From Methanomicrobiales archaeon (GTDB taxonomy: Archaea; Halobacteriota; Methanomicrobia; Methanomicrobiales; Methanospirillaceae), in contig JBAXJR010000003.1 in assembly GCA_037137755.1 (NCBI GenBank), positions 53,715 through 117,714 on the forward strand: a stretch of DNA of 64,000 nucleotides, written 5' to 3'. Position 1 is the stretch's first letter, and every line of letters starts with the position of its first letter. A program made the position numbers and the translations under genes. Under the pieces are notes generated by a model. It was not told where the DNA came from, searched no databases, and saw only the letters and a list, made by a program, of their open reading frames with translations. Below, one piece after another: positions 21,172 to 31,100 of this stretch.

Positions 21172-21256
21172 AACACGCACTGAACCGCCGCCGGGGCGTC
21201 CTTCGGGGGCGGCGGAACTCTCCTAATCGGGGTTTGGGGCGGAGCCCCATCAATTC
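21172..21256. repeat. GC-rich hairpin dispersed repeat, copy 1 (intact stems)
   Basis: CCGCCGCC(21185-92)/GGCGGCGG(21208-15) stem enclosing CC-TTCG-GG; GGGGC-GGA-GCCCC (21236-48); its reverse complement matches 55045..55128. Confidence 0.8.
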
Positions 21257-21345
21257 ATTTTTATATCACCCGCATAATTACCCACTCAATTTGACGAAGA
21301 GCCGAAAAATCAGTTATTATTCAAAAAGAGATGATTATCCATTGG

Positions 21346-21630
21346 TTACTGGGAATATTCCATTTCTTTCAATGTTTTTTCTGCCAGTTCCTTCATACGC
21401 GCGGAAATCCTGCCTGACGCTGAAAATTCCACGTCTTTCATGGCATTTGCAAGCTCGTTACCGAGGACAAATATTGCATACTTATGCTCCATCTTGCTCT
21501 TATGTGTCTGGTTAGGCTGGATCTTCAGGGAGTAGTACTGGGCGAACTTAAGGTCCGGGTTAATGCTCTCAAAATAGTCCTTTATATTGAATAGCATCTG
21601 GTGTAAGGTAATTAATTCCTCTTTATGCAT
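21346..21630 (-). CDS. UPF0058 family protein
   Basis: MHKEELITLHQ...I.P...HKSK.EHK.AIFVLG signature. Confidence 0.85.
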   Translation of the reverse strand: MHKEELITLHQMLFNIKDYFESINPDLKFAQYYSLKIQPNQTHKSKMEHKYAIFVLGNELANAMKDVEFSASGRISARMKELAEKTLKEMEYSQ

Positions 21631-21695
21631 TGTTCGTATCATCCCCAAGATCAAATAGTAAATTTTATCTTAAATAAGTATGGGGAAGGAAATAT

Positions 21696-22949
21696 TCAGG
21701 CGATTTTTATCAGCCTGATTGAGATTGGGCGCTTTATAATCCCCTTGAATTCGCGTGCTGCGACGTACTCCACGCCGGTCTCGACCATGTGGTCAAGGAG
21801 TTTCTGGTTCACCTCACCATCCAGGACAACACCCTGGAAATCACCATTCAGTTCACCGAGAGCCGTTTCAACCTCCCCTGTTTTTAGTTCCCGGAGGAGA
21901 TCATAGTCTTTGGAAAGGAACCGCGCAATATGGTGGCCCCGCACAGCCCGGATGTGATCAGTAAGCGTCTTTGCTATCCCTGGTTTTTCAGCTAGACGAG
22001 GTTTTACTTTTCGATCGGGGATGCCGGCTGTTGCTCCTGCCGGTTCACCGGGTGATTTTTCCATAGGTGGTTTCTCCGGTTTCTCCAGGGCCATGTCCGC
22101 CGATCGTTCCTCCTCTTCCCCGGTAAAGAACTGGTCACGCACATATTCCACCGGGACCTTGTTCCGGAGTGCCTTGATGACCTCTTTCCTGGTCATATCC
22201 TCGACACTTTTTCCACGGGGTGAGTGTGCAACATAATCAATGTCAGCCACCTGTAACAGTTCCCGAAGTATCAGTTCTCCCCCGCGGTCCCCGTCAAGGA
22301 ACGCAGTTGATGTTTTTGTTTCGGTAAGTTCGATAATGGTCCCGGTGACTTTTGTTCCTTCGACAGCGACTGCATTTTTTATGCCGAATTTTAAGAGGTT
22401 AATGACGTCCGCGCGACCTTCCACGACGATTATCGCATCGCTATCCTGTACGTTTGGGCCTGCCGGAACTTTATCCTCCCCGATTACACCGATTTTTTCA
22501 ATACGGATACTCTCCCTGACATCATCCAGCAGTTCGTAGCTGTCGATCGATGCATCATTGAAATAACCGGTGAGCAACTCCTTCGCTCTTTCCACGATAA
22601 TTTTTCGTTTTACAACCCTGATATCCTCTATACTTTCAACCGTCACATGGGCTACACATGGCCCGACACGGTCGATTGTCTCGAGAGATGCGGCAAGGAT
22701 CGCTGTTTCCGCACGGTCCAGCGAAGAAGATATCAGGATCTCTCCCTTTGTCTCCCCCTTCCTGCTGGTTATCTGGACGTCTATTCTCCCAACCCGCCCG
22801 GTGCGCTGTAAGTCCCGCAGGTCGAGTTCCTCGCCGAGTAACCCTTCAGTCTGGCCAAAAATGGCACCGACTACATCAGGTTTCTCGACCACCCCCTCTG
22901 CCGTGAGGTGGATGTGAATAAGGTACTTGGTAGTATCAGATGAATACAA
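21696..22949 (-). CDS. dnaG: DnaG-type primase (archaeal)
   Basis: DVVGAIFGQTEGLLG, TOPRIM VVEGRADV and FLDGDRGG; TTG start assumed at 22949. Confidence 0.93.
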   Translation of the reverse strand: MYSSDTTKYLIHIHLTAEGVVEKPDVVGAIFGQTEGLLGEELDLRDLQRTGRVGRIDVQITSRKGETKGEILISSSLDRAETAILAASLETIDRVGPCVAHVTVESIEDIRVVKRKIIVERAKELLTGYFNDASIDSYELLDDVRESIRIEKIGVIGEDKVPAGPNVQDSDAIIVVEGRADVINLLKFGIKNAVAVEGTKVTGTIIELTETKTSTAFLDGDRGGELILRELLQVADIDYVAHSPRGKSVEDMTRKEVIKALRNKVPVEYVRDQFFTGEEEERSADMALEKPEKPPMEKSPGEPAGATAGIPDRKVKPRLAEKPGIAKTLTDHIRAVRGHHIARFLSKDYDLLRELKTGEVETALGELNGDFQGVVLDGEVNQKLLDHMVETGVEYVAAREFKGIIKRPISIRLIKIA

Positions 22950-23322
22950 GGTAATGCCCCCCCATGTGTCATGCAATAATTCATTCGCGTGATCATAGGT
23001 AGTTCCTAGTGGTATGCAGGATCTCTTAAAATGTGTGATATTGTAAAAGGTTTTCCTTTTTTCAAGTACGTGTTGTACCTGTTTTTTTTATAGCGAATGG
23101 ATTAACTGTGTAATTATTGTCGACGTATAGTCAAAGACATGGCATTTACTACTGTTTTATAATTTTAGCTTCAATAATCCAATTTTTCCAAAGATTGTCC
23201 ATTTTTGCCCATTTAACTATTGCAAATTGTATCACATCAAAGAATCCTGACTATAATTGTGAAAGAAACCCTATAGCGGACTCCAGGGAAAAAAGATGTG
23301 TCTGTTCCGATAGGCAACATAG

Positions 23323-23880
23323 CTATCCTGTAAATATTTCCGCAACCTGGTGAGACCTGAAATCACTCATGGTGAACGGGGTTGTCCTGAACTTCCAGAC
23401 CCTGTTTGGTTCAAGATAGTTAACTGCCGCGATGGCACTCCCAATGGCGTTACCATCCGCATCGAAGAGCATGATGGTCACGGTAACCAGGTCGATCCGC
23501 TCGGCACCGATATTCTTTATCGTGCCGACGATCATTCTAGCCCCGGTTGGATCGGTTTCCACATGGGATTCGAGAAGTCGTACTTTATGTGCGGGATTAT
23601 ATTGATATTTCACGAATCCAAAAGGCCGCTGTACATATGCCTCCACCTGGATGGGTGTCTCTTCCGGAACCGGGCTTGCAGGTGCAATGGTTCCCTGAGC
23701 CGTAATCTGGGAAACCAGGGGTGTAATCGCTGGCGTGGCAATTGAAGTGGTTGGAATTGGAACCGGCGATACCTGGTTAACCGGAGCAGGATTTGTACAC
23801 CCTGCAGACAGGAGCAATGCGATGAGGAAAAGGACCGGTACAGCAATCCTTGTATTGAATTTCATGGTTCTATCATCCAT
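23323..23880 (-). CDS. FxLYD-domain lipoprotein
   Basis: Lipobox LSAGC, Pro/Thr-rich linker, G.IKN...IMLFDADGNAIG...LEPN..WKF. Confidence 0.75.
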   Translation of the reverse strand: MDDRTMKFNTRIAVPVLFLIALLLSAGCTNPAPVNQVSPVPIPTTSIATPAITPLVSQITAQGTIAPASPVPEETPIQVEAYVQRPFGFVKYQYNPAHKVRLLESHVETDPTGARMIVGTIKNIGAERIDLVTVTIMLFDADGNAIGSAIAAVNYLEPNRVWKFRTTPFTMSDFRSHQVAEIFTG

Positions 23881-23970
23881 TCATTGAATATCTGCAGGTA
23901 CTATTTGTTTTCTACCCGGGCGACCAGTTGGTTAATCATATGCCTGCAGGTACAATCTGGTTACCTCTGA

Positions 23971-24291
23971 TTAACCCGGAACTTTCGTTTCAATCCTTGA
24001 AGTTATCATCTCTGCGGAAAGTCCCCGTACAAGGACTTTTTTCCGGGTGGATGTTAAACCAGATACGATGCTCACATCGCTTTGCGAAACATCCAGCACC
24101 CCGGCTATCAACCCGATAATGGCAATATTTGCTTTACCATCAACTGGCTGTGCTGAAACCTGGCAACCAAGCGCTTTTCTCCAGGGATTGTAACCGGATG
24201 GAAATGTGCCAGATTTACTCCCGGTTGAGACCTCGATGGTAATAATCGTCCCATTGGTGGAGGTAGTCAGGGCCTCAGATATATTCACCAT
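23971..24291 (-). CDS. DUF167/UPF0235 family protein
   Basis: P.DGKAN..II and IVSG.TS.RK motifs. Confidence 0.85.
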   Translation of the reverse strand: MVNISEALTTSTNGTIITIEVSTGSKSGTFPSGYNPWRKALGCQVSAQPVDGKANIAIIGLIAGVLDVSQSDVSIVSGLTSTRKKVLVRGLSAEMITSRIETKVPG

Positions 24292-24436
24292 CCACTAACT
24301 ATCACCTGGTACCTACATAATCTGCCCGGTTCCTGTAGCAGCTTATAACCTATTCAATAACAAGAGGTTAGAATACGAATCCATGGTAAAAACATGTGTC
24401 CGGTAAATTTGTTTTGTTTTTTCCAGAATATAATTG

Positions 24437-24630
24437 AAATGTCGCCCGACGTTAACAAGTTGGGATCACCAGTGGCATGTCGCCGTTCTTCACCCGCTTT
24501 TAACCCTGTCGGGCGGTGCCTGTCGCAAAACCGGGTTGTCCCGAAGTTCATTTCCAGGCGCTTGCCAGTCGATCACCCGGGGACCTATGGAAGTGCTGTA
24601 TCGGCACCATTAGCCTTTCGTCGTCCCGGT
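24437..24630 (-). ncRNA. Putative archaeal H/ACA guide sRNA; the 3' hairpin (24515-24440) is predicted to target the 23S rRNA helix 69 U1915 equivalent; 5' boundary uncertain
   Basis: Minus strand: 8-bp stem CGCCCGAC/GTCGGGCG directly followed by ACA; pocket strands AGGGTTA and GTTA; 14 nt from pocket top to ACA; K-turn-like GGGT-GAA-GA...TGA-TCCC; second ACA 5 nt upstream of the hairpin. Confidence 0.7.
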
Positions 24631-24650
24631 ATTTATCCAATGCCTTTGTA

Positions 24651-26000
24651 TCATTTCACCGCGTGGTACCCTCTCCCCGGGTACCACCGCGAGCCCCCGT
24701 TAAAAAATTCCCCGTTGTGGTAGACGATCTTCCCTTCCATTATCACCAGTTCCGGAAATATTGCTTGCATTCCCGTGAACGGTGTCCATCCGGCCCGGCT
24801 GTGTAGTTCTCCGGGGTCTATCCTGGTAATTTCCTGTGAGTAGAGCGCAAAATCTGAACGCTCTCCCGTTTGAAACCCCGCGGGAGGTATCCCCAGGATT
24901 TCGCAGGGTCTTCTGGATACCTTTTCTACCAGTGACGAAACAGGGAGATTTCTCCGCCGTACTTCGGCGAGGAGCAGCGGGACCATGGTCTCCACACCTG
25001 GTATTCCTGATGGTGCATCTATGAAATCCACTGCCTTTTCATCTATCGTATGCGGTGCGTGGTCTGATGCGATAACGTCAATCTGGTCCCACATATGCCA
25101 GAGCCCTTCCCGGTTTTTGTTATCCCTGATCGGCGGGTTAACTTTTGCACAGGCATCTTTTGGAAGGAAGTCCTCGTTTGCAAGGAGGAGGTGGTGGGGT
25201 GTCACTTCAAACGAGGTCCTGGAAACCCTGGAATGTTCATTAGATTCCCGGGTCATTTTGTCCAATAGTTTCCTTTGCTCCATAACAACCGCTATTGCCC
25301 GGGCTGTACTCATGTGACAAAAATGGAGCTGACACCCGGAACTATTCAGCTGGCAGACCTTCCTTACAGCATCTGCCTCGCCATCCGGGGTGCGGTTGGA
25401 ATCGTGGGCGGCCATTGTTTTCGGTGTGGATGGTCCGACTTCTTCTGCATGAATCGTTGCAAGGCACCCCATATGGTGGATTACCGTGAGGGCCTCTGAA
25501 AGGTCATGAGATGACAATGCTTCCCCGTAACTTGAAGCATCTGCAAATATCTCGCCGAATGCCATTGCCCCCGCGCTCCATAATGAAGGCAGGTCAGAGC
25601 CGGGTGTCACTCCCGCATTGATTGCAAAACCGCAGCATGCATCCGATACAGCTTCTTTAACGCGACGGGTAAAGCGGGAGTGAGTGGTGAGGGCAGGGAC
25701 CGTATTTGGCTGGTCGACCACCAGGGTTACACCCCCTGCAATTGCACTCATTGTCCCGCTATGCCAGTCTTCTTTTTCTACCTGGCTTCCCCCCCGCATA
25801 TGCACGTGCATGTCCGTCGCAGCTGGCACGAGAAGCATGCCATGTCCTTTTACAATCTCATCAGCCTGCCCGGCTGCACCAATATGAACTACTCTGCCTC
25901 CCTTAAATCCGATATCCGCTCTTCTTCCGTCAGGGAATGTTACGTCAAGAAGGGCAAGGTCTAACCCGGGCATTTGTACCAGACGTTGGAGTGGATTCAC
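24651..26000 (-). CDS. pyrC: Dihydroorotase
   Basis: DMHVHMR, DQPNT.P, HAEE, CHMST, KVNPPIR, ASDHAPH and SGIPGVET motifs. Confidence 0.88.
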   Translation of the reverse strand: MNPLQRLVQMPGLDLALLDVTFPDGRRADIGFKGGRVVHIGAAGQADEIVKGHGMLLVPAATDMHVHMRGGSQVEKEDWHSGTMSAIAGGVTLVVDQPNTVPALTTHSRFTRRVKEAVSDACCGFAINAGVTPGSDLPSLWSAGAMAFGEIFADASSYGEALSSHDLSEALTVIHHMGCLATIHAEEVGPSTPKTMAAHDSNRTPDGEADAVRKVCQLNSSGCQLHFCHMSTARAIAVVMEQRKLLDKMTRESNEHSRVSRTSFEVTPHHLLLANEDFLPKDACAKVNPPIRDNKNREGLWHMWDQIDVIASDHAPHTIDEKAVDFIDAPSGIPGVETMVPLLLAEVRRRNLPVSSLVEKVSRRPCEILGIPPAGFQTGERSDFALYSQEITRIDPGELHSRAGWTPFTGMQAIFPELVIMEGKIVYHNGEFFNGGSRWYPGRGYHAVK

Positions 26001-26095
26001 AATAAAATAGTGGTCTCTTCATCGAACAGGGTGGGTTCCGTTTGAACCCGTTACAATACGGAACACAGACAAGAAAAAAATGAAATCCCTGGTCC

Positions 26096-28345
26096 TTACC
26101 TGTGTTCGTCCGGGAGCAGGCATGCTTGTCCTTCTTCATGTGGCTTTGGCTTTTCAAACCCACCCATAACGGACAGGATCGCAGGCATGATGATGATGGC
26201 CCCTATCAGTGAAAAACCGACCGCAATCAGTGTCGTGATACCGAAATTGCTGATAATCGGAAAACTGGCAAATAAGAGGGCCGAAAACCCGAAAAATGTT
26301 GCCAGTCCCGAGATTGTAATTGCGGTACCGATCCTCTCAACGCTGTGATGAATGGCACTCATAGGGTCCCCGAGATTATCAAACTCCTCGGCATACCGCT
26401 CCATAACAAGGATTGTGTATTCAGCTGCGACTCCGATTGTCATGGACCCCAGCGTGGCTGTCAGCGGGGTATAATCTATCCCGAGCAGGTACATCGCGGC
26501 CGCATTCCAACCCACGACAAGGATAATCGGTACGAGCGGTGTAATTGCATGTACTCGCCGGTAGACGAGCAACAGGAACACAAATACCAGGACGAACCCG
26601 AGTGCGGTCATCTGCTCTTTAGAAGATGACAATGAGCCAATCAGGCGGGTGAACAAGTCAAAACTACCGGAAGGGACTGCATTAATGCCGGAAGGTGGTG
26701 GATTAAATGCGATATCCTGGATCATTTGTTCTTTTAACGAGGATTGCTGGTTTGTCTGGAGTTTTATCGTAACAAACTGGATTACTCCGTCCGTGGAACC
26801 CACAAGGTACGTCTTTTTTATATCTGGTGGGATATTTAACATAACCGCGTCAAGTTCACTCTGCGTTGCCGGCATCTGGCCATTATTGTAAGCTAGGATG
26901 TAGGTGACGATACTGGTGGCACTGGTAAACTCACTATGCCGGTTCAGTTCATCTTCCTGGAACTGTTTCATCCATTTAATGGTGGACAGGGAACTTACCC
27001 CGTCCCCGTTCAGGTAAATTGGTGCGGTGCTCGTCGCACCGTACATCCTCGTTACCTTGTCGTTTAAGACCTTTGCCGGCATATCGGAAGGCACAAAGGC
27101 ATTTTCATTGGTCTGGATAGGAATATAGGAATCAATCTGGAACCCTATGACTGCGATGACGCATGCCACGAGGAGGATCGGGACAGGGTTTTTTGCAATT
27201 TTCATCGACGTTTTTGTCAGCAGTGCACTGTACGAAAAGCCGCCTTTTGATGATTGTTTCTTAACTTTTGGTTTGTATTTCAGGAGTATGGCTGCAGTGG
27301 GGATGCCGACGAGGGAGGCCAGGTAACAGCAGGCCACCCCGATGATTGAGACCAGGCCAAAACCCTGGATCATCGGCACCGGGGAGATAAACATGGCCAC
27401 AAAACCCATGCAGGTAGCGAGCATTGCATAGAGGACCGCAGGACCTGTCCTTGTCACGGTCATGAATACTGCCTGCTCCATTGAGCCCTTTCTGATCTCT
27501 TCGTCAAAACGGGCATGGAACTGTATGGCGTAATCAATCCCCAGACCTATCATGACCGGGAATGCCCCTATCACTGCCATGTTCAACTGTATACCGACCA
27601 GTCCCATCAGCCCCATCGCGGATACGAGGCCAATTGCGACCATCAGCACGGGGAGGAACCGGTGACTGACGAATGAGAACAGTATCCCCATGACTATGAT
27701 CATCAGGATCAGTGCGGCAAAAATAAGTACGCCGCTTGCGGATCCCATCGAGCTCTTCATCTGCTGTGAGAATGCTGCACTACCTGTCAAGGATATTTTT
27801 ACACCAGGCGGCGGATTGGAATTATCAACGAGGCTCTGTAAATTGTTAAGTAGGTTTGTTTTGGCTTTTTCAGAAAGCCCTTCATTAACATCCACCCTGA
27901 TGATAGTAATGAGATTTGACTGGGTGTAGACCGAAAGGACTTGTGGCGGTACCCTGGTTTCCGCATCCTGGATCTCGCCAATCGAGGTGGGAAGTGCCCC
28001 GTTATTGGCCTGCTCCAGGAGGTCTGCAATACCGCTAACGCTCTTAATGTTCTGCTGGCTGCGGATCGACCCTTCCAGCCCGTCCATAAACCTCAGCATA
28101 TCAGGGCTTATTGGGGTATCGGTATCGATGAATAAGACTACCGGGTCAGACTGGAAGGTGGTGATGTATTTATTATACTGGCTTCCTTCCGGTGAGTCCT
28201 TCACCATGTATGTTTCCCACCCGTTCTGCATGGAAATCGTCGTCATGCCGTAAAGGCAGACAATAAATAACGCTACAACGATTCCTGCGACCAGCATCGG
28301 GTGATGGGTAATTCCCCGGGCAAGTCGTTCAAATATACGTTTCAC
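26096..28345 (-). CDS. RND/MMPL transporter (HAE3 family)
   Basis: Two repeats of TM bundle plus soluble domain; GLGIDYAIQF and GVAAEYTIL motifs. Confidence 0.88.
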   Translation of the reverse strand: MKRIFERLARGITHHPMLVAGIVVALFIVCLYGMTTISMQNGWETYMVKDSPEGSQYNKYITTFQSDPVVLFIDTDTPISPDMLRFMDGLEGSIRSQQNIKSVSGIADLLEQANNGALPTSIGEIQDAETRVPPQVLSVYTQSNLITIIRVDVNEGLSEKAKTNLLNNLQSLVDNSNPPPGVKISLTGSAAFSQQMKSSMGSASGVLIFAALILMIIVMGILFSFVSHRFLPVLMVAIGLVSAMGLMGLVGIQLNMAVIGAFPVMIGLGIDYAIQFHARFDEEIRKGSMEQAVFMTVTRTGPAVLYAMLATCMGFVAMFISPVPMIQGFGLVSIIGVACCYLASLVGIPTAAILLKYKPKVKKQSSKGGFSYSALLTKTSMKIAKNPVPILLVACVIAVIGFQIDSYIPIQTNENAFVPSDMPAKVLNDKVTRMYGATSTAPIYLNGDGVSSLSTIKWMKQFQEDELNRHSEFTSATSIVTYILAYNNGQMPATQSELDAVMLNIPPDIKKTYLVGSTDGVIQFVTIKLQTNQQSSLKEQMIQDIAFNPPPSGINAVPSGSFDLFTRLIGSLSSSKEQMTALGFVLVFVFLLLVYRRVHAITPLVPIILVVGWNAAAMYLLGIDYTPLTATLGSMTIGVAAEYTILVMERYAEEFDNLGDPMSAIHHSVERIGTAITISGLATFFGFSALLFASFPIISNFGITTLIAVGFSLIGAIIIMPAILSVMGGFEKPKPHEEGQACLLPDEHR

Positions 28346-28720
28346 AATATCCTGTCCTTTTCATGCTTTTTTCGGGTCTTTTTAAACTCCGGGTATTCTG
28401 TAATAAAATATCCCGTTGGTGTTAACAAATTCTTATCTGGTTGATACCCGGATACATCATATACCATTATGGAGTCATATATCAGGAATGGAAGGGAATT
28501 ACGAGTAGTCTGGAACACAGAATGTTTTTTTCCAGGATTTTCAATGCACTCCCGATAGTCTGAAACCAGGTTCTTGTTTCAATTTACTGATAATTTTTCG
28601 CATGGATTGGTAATAAAGTATTTGTTGTGAATAAGACAACAATATTTTCTAAAGGTCTCTGGAAGCGGCATTCATTGATTCGGTGTTTTGATATTCCTGC
28701 AAATTCTTTCCTCCCAGGTT

Positions 28721-29419
28721 CTACTTAGAAATCAGGAATCCGTTAGTTTGCATGAAGTACAATGCATTGCAGGGGTCATCGGTGAAGAATCCGTCAACTC
28801 CCATAATAAGAGCCATTTTTAGCTCACCCCAGGTGTTGAGGGTCCAGGGTAGGACCCGGTTTCCTGAATCATGAGCATGCCTTACAAGGTCCGGTGTAAG
28901 GATATCCAGCCGGGGAAGGATACAATCAAACGAAAACCCGCTCTCCTCAACATGATGGTTCCACTGGTTGTTCGGCACAATAATTCCGGTTTTTAAACCG
29001 GGAAGACATGTTTTCATTATTGACAGGCTCCCGCTATGAAATGAGACCGCCATAACATTTGCTACGATAAAATTTCCGAGGACGCTACAAATAATTTCCT
29101 CGCTGCCTGGTTCTTTGATCTCTATAATAATCCCGCGGTTTCCCTGTATTACCACGGTAATCACTTCTTCAAGGGTAGGGATCTTTTCCCCGTTACCTGC
29201 ATCAAGTTCTTTTAATTCTTTTAATGACAGGTCATTGACCTGTCCTGTACCGCTGGTGGTCCGGTCAAGTCTTGCGTCATGAATAATAACCGGGATACCA
29301 TCGCGGCTCAGCCTTACATCTACCTCAACATAGTCGGCACATACCATCCCGGCGCTGATTGCCTTCAGGGTGTTCTCCGGGGCTATTGCCCGGGCTCCGC
29401 GGTGCCCAACTATCCACAT
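28721..29419 (-). CDS. Glycerophosphodiester phosphodiesterase
   Basis: GHRGA...PENT, EVDVRLSRDG..VIIHD..LDRT, EIK, WTLN and GFFTDDP motifs; start taken at ATG 29419. Confidence 0.9.
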   Translation of the reverse strand: MWIVGHRGARAIAPENTLKAISAGMVCADYVEVDVRLSRDGIPVIIHDARLDRTTSGTGQVNDLSLKELKELDAGNGEKIPTLEEVITVVIQGNRGIIIEIKEPGSEEIICSVLGNFIVANVMAVSFHSGSLSIMKTCLPGLKTGIIVPNNQWNHHVEESGFSFDCILPRLDILTPDLVRHAHDSGNRVLPWTLNTWGELKMALIMGVDGFFTDDPCNALYFMQTNGFLISK

Positions 29420-29731
29420 CAGTACTACAGTCTCCTGGTTCTGGTTAATGGTAACCCCTCGTTGAAAAATACTTTGTCGTTGTACCCGGGAATGAAATAT
29501 CCAGTGTATTTTTGTCATGAAAAAACAGTATGGAGATGGTGAAGGCAGTCCTGACCAGCTTTCAATAATCCCTTCCCTTATGAAATGAAATAATATAATA
29601 CTAATTCCTGGCCCTTTCTTTCGAAACTAAGTGAAATGGCACGCATCTAGAAATCATGTTATCCTAATCGTGATGAATGGTTGGATAATCATTCGATGAT
29701 GCAGTTGAACTCTTGGTGAGGTTTTACACGT

Positions 29732-29895
29732 ATGACGGGAACGTATGTTTGTCAGGTATGCGGGCAGATTTATGGTCCCGCAGAGGGAGTTTTGGATGCA
29801 GTAATCTGTCCAGGCACAGCATTTGATTCACATCCCGGGACCTCTGGCATTTCCCAGCCTTTCGATCACCAAAAGAAAAGTTTACCATGATGTAA
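29732..29895 (+). pseudogene. Decayed rubredoxin gene (frameshift plus loss of the second CxxC)
   Basis: First frame: MTGTYVCQVCGQIYGPAEG...PGTAFDSHP; shifted frame: DLWHFPAFRSPKEKF, matching rubredoxin W.CP.C..PKEKF with both Cys read as Phe. Confidence 0.75.
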
Positions 29896-29909
29896 CGGGA
29901 AGTGCAATA

Positions 29910-31100
29910 ATGGTTATCAGAACTGTAACTCCGGACTGCTACTCGATCGCCGCGCTCGATTTTGACAGGCGGCTTTTTGATGCACTTGTCCCATTACCTG
30001 ATGGAACAAGTTATAATGCCTATATAGTTAAAGGAAGCCAGAAGACTGCACTTATCGATACGGTTGACCCTTTAAAAGAGCTGGAACTGGTTTCTGATCT
30101 AATCCGCCTTGGTGTTGATTCGATAGACTATGTAATTGTAAATCACGCTGAACAGGACCATGCGGGGTCCCTTCCTATGATCCTCGAGTTGTTTCCATCA
30201 TCAAAGGTTGTGACAAACGAGAAATGCAGGGATCTCCTTATCAGTCACCTCGATCTGGAAGAAGAGCGGTTTATTACAATAAAAGACCGCGAAACACTCT
30301 CCCTTGGAAATAAGACCCTTGAATTTATCATTACGCCATGGGTCCACTGGCCTGAAACGATGCTCACCTATCTCAGGGAGGACCGGGTACTTTTTTCATG
30401 CGACCTTTTCGGAACGCACTACGCAACTACTGACCTGTTCATGAAAGATGAAAAAATCATCTATATCGCCGCAAAACGATATTATGCGGAGATTATGATG
30501 CCCTTCCGGGCTAGCATCAAGGGGCATATGGAAAAAATCGGAGCAGTTGCTATTGATATTATCGCACCGAGTCATGGCCCGGTTTACAATAACCCAGGTT
30601 TCATCATCAATGCGTATAATGAGTGGATATCAGATTCGGTGAAAAATGAAGTGGTAATCCCCTATGTATCGATGCATGGCAGTACACGGAAGATGGTGGA
30701 CTACCTGACAGGTGCATTAATTGAACGTGGCATTGCGGTGAAACCCTTTGATATGACAGTTACTGATACCGGGAACCTTGCCATGTCACTGGTTGATGCT
30801 GCGACGGTGGTAATCGCCACCCCTACTGTCCTGTTTGGTCCGCATCCGCAGATTGTCTATGCAACGTACCTTGCGAACATGCTCCATCCCAAAGTGAAAT
30901 TTGCATCTGTGATCGGTTCGTATGGCTGGGGGGGAAAGACGGTCGATGTGCTTAAATCCATGATGACTCACATCAAGCCTGAACTGCTCGAACCGGTGCT
31001 TGTCCAGGGATTACCAGGAGAAGCATGTATCAGGGATCTCGACCGTCTCGCAGACGATATTGCCCGGAAACACAAAGAAATAGGTATGTTACCTCAATGA
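29910..31100 (+). CDS. fprA: Flavodiiron protein (FprA family)
   Basis: GTSYNAY, HAEQDH, HWPE, SCDLFG and PSHG motifs; flavodoxin domain SMHGST...GSYGWGG. Confidence 0.93.
   Translation: MVIRTVTPDCYSIAALDFDRRLFDALVPLPDGTSYNAYIVKGSQKTALIDTVDPLKELELVSDLIRLGVDSIDYVIVNHAEQDHAGSLPMILELFPSSKVVTNEKCRDLLISHLDLEEERFITIKDRETLSLGNKTLEFIITPWVHWPETMLTYLREDRVLFSCDLFGTHYATTDLFMKDEKIIYIAAKRYYAEIMMPFRASIKGHMEKIGAVAIDIIAPSHGPVYNNPGFIINAYNEWISDSVKNEVVIPYVSMHGSTRKMVDYLTGALIERGIAVKPFDMTVTDTGNLAMSLVDAATVVIATPTVLFGPHPQIVYATYLANMLHPKVKFASVIGSYGWGGKTVDVLKSMMTHIKPELLEPVLVQGLPGEACIRDLDRLADDIARKHKEIGMLPQ

Noticed and set aside
21165-21515. Arg/Pro-rich ORFs across the GC repeat (including MGLRPKPRLGEFRRPRRTPRRRFSAC on the minus strand)
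   Set aside because: By-product of the GC-rich hairpins; the frame is not preserved in copy 2.
24437-24630. RNase P RNA, SRP RNA or tRNA as the identity of the structured spacer; also ORFs 24354..24551, 24394..24723 and 24516..24806
   Set aside because: No GAGGAAAGUCC-type RNase P core, SRP helix-8 motif or cloverleaf is visible. The ORFs have no protein-like features.
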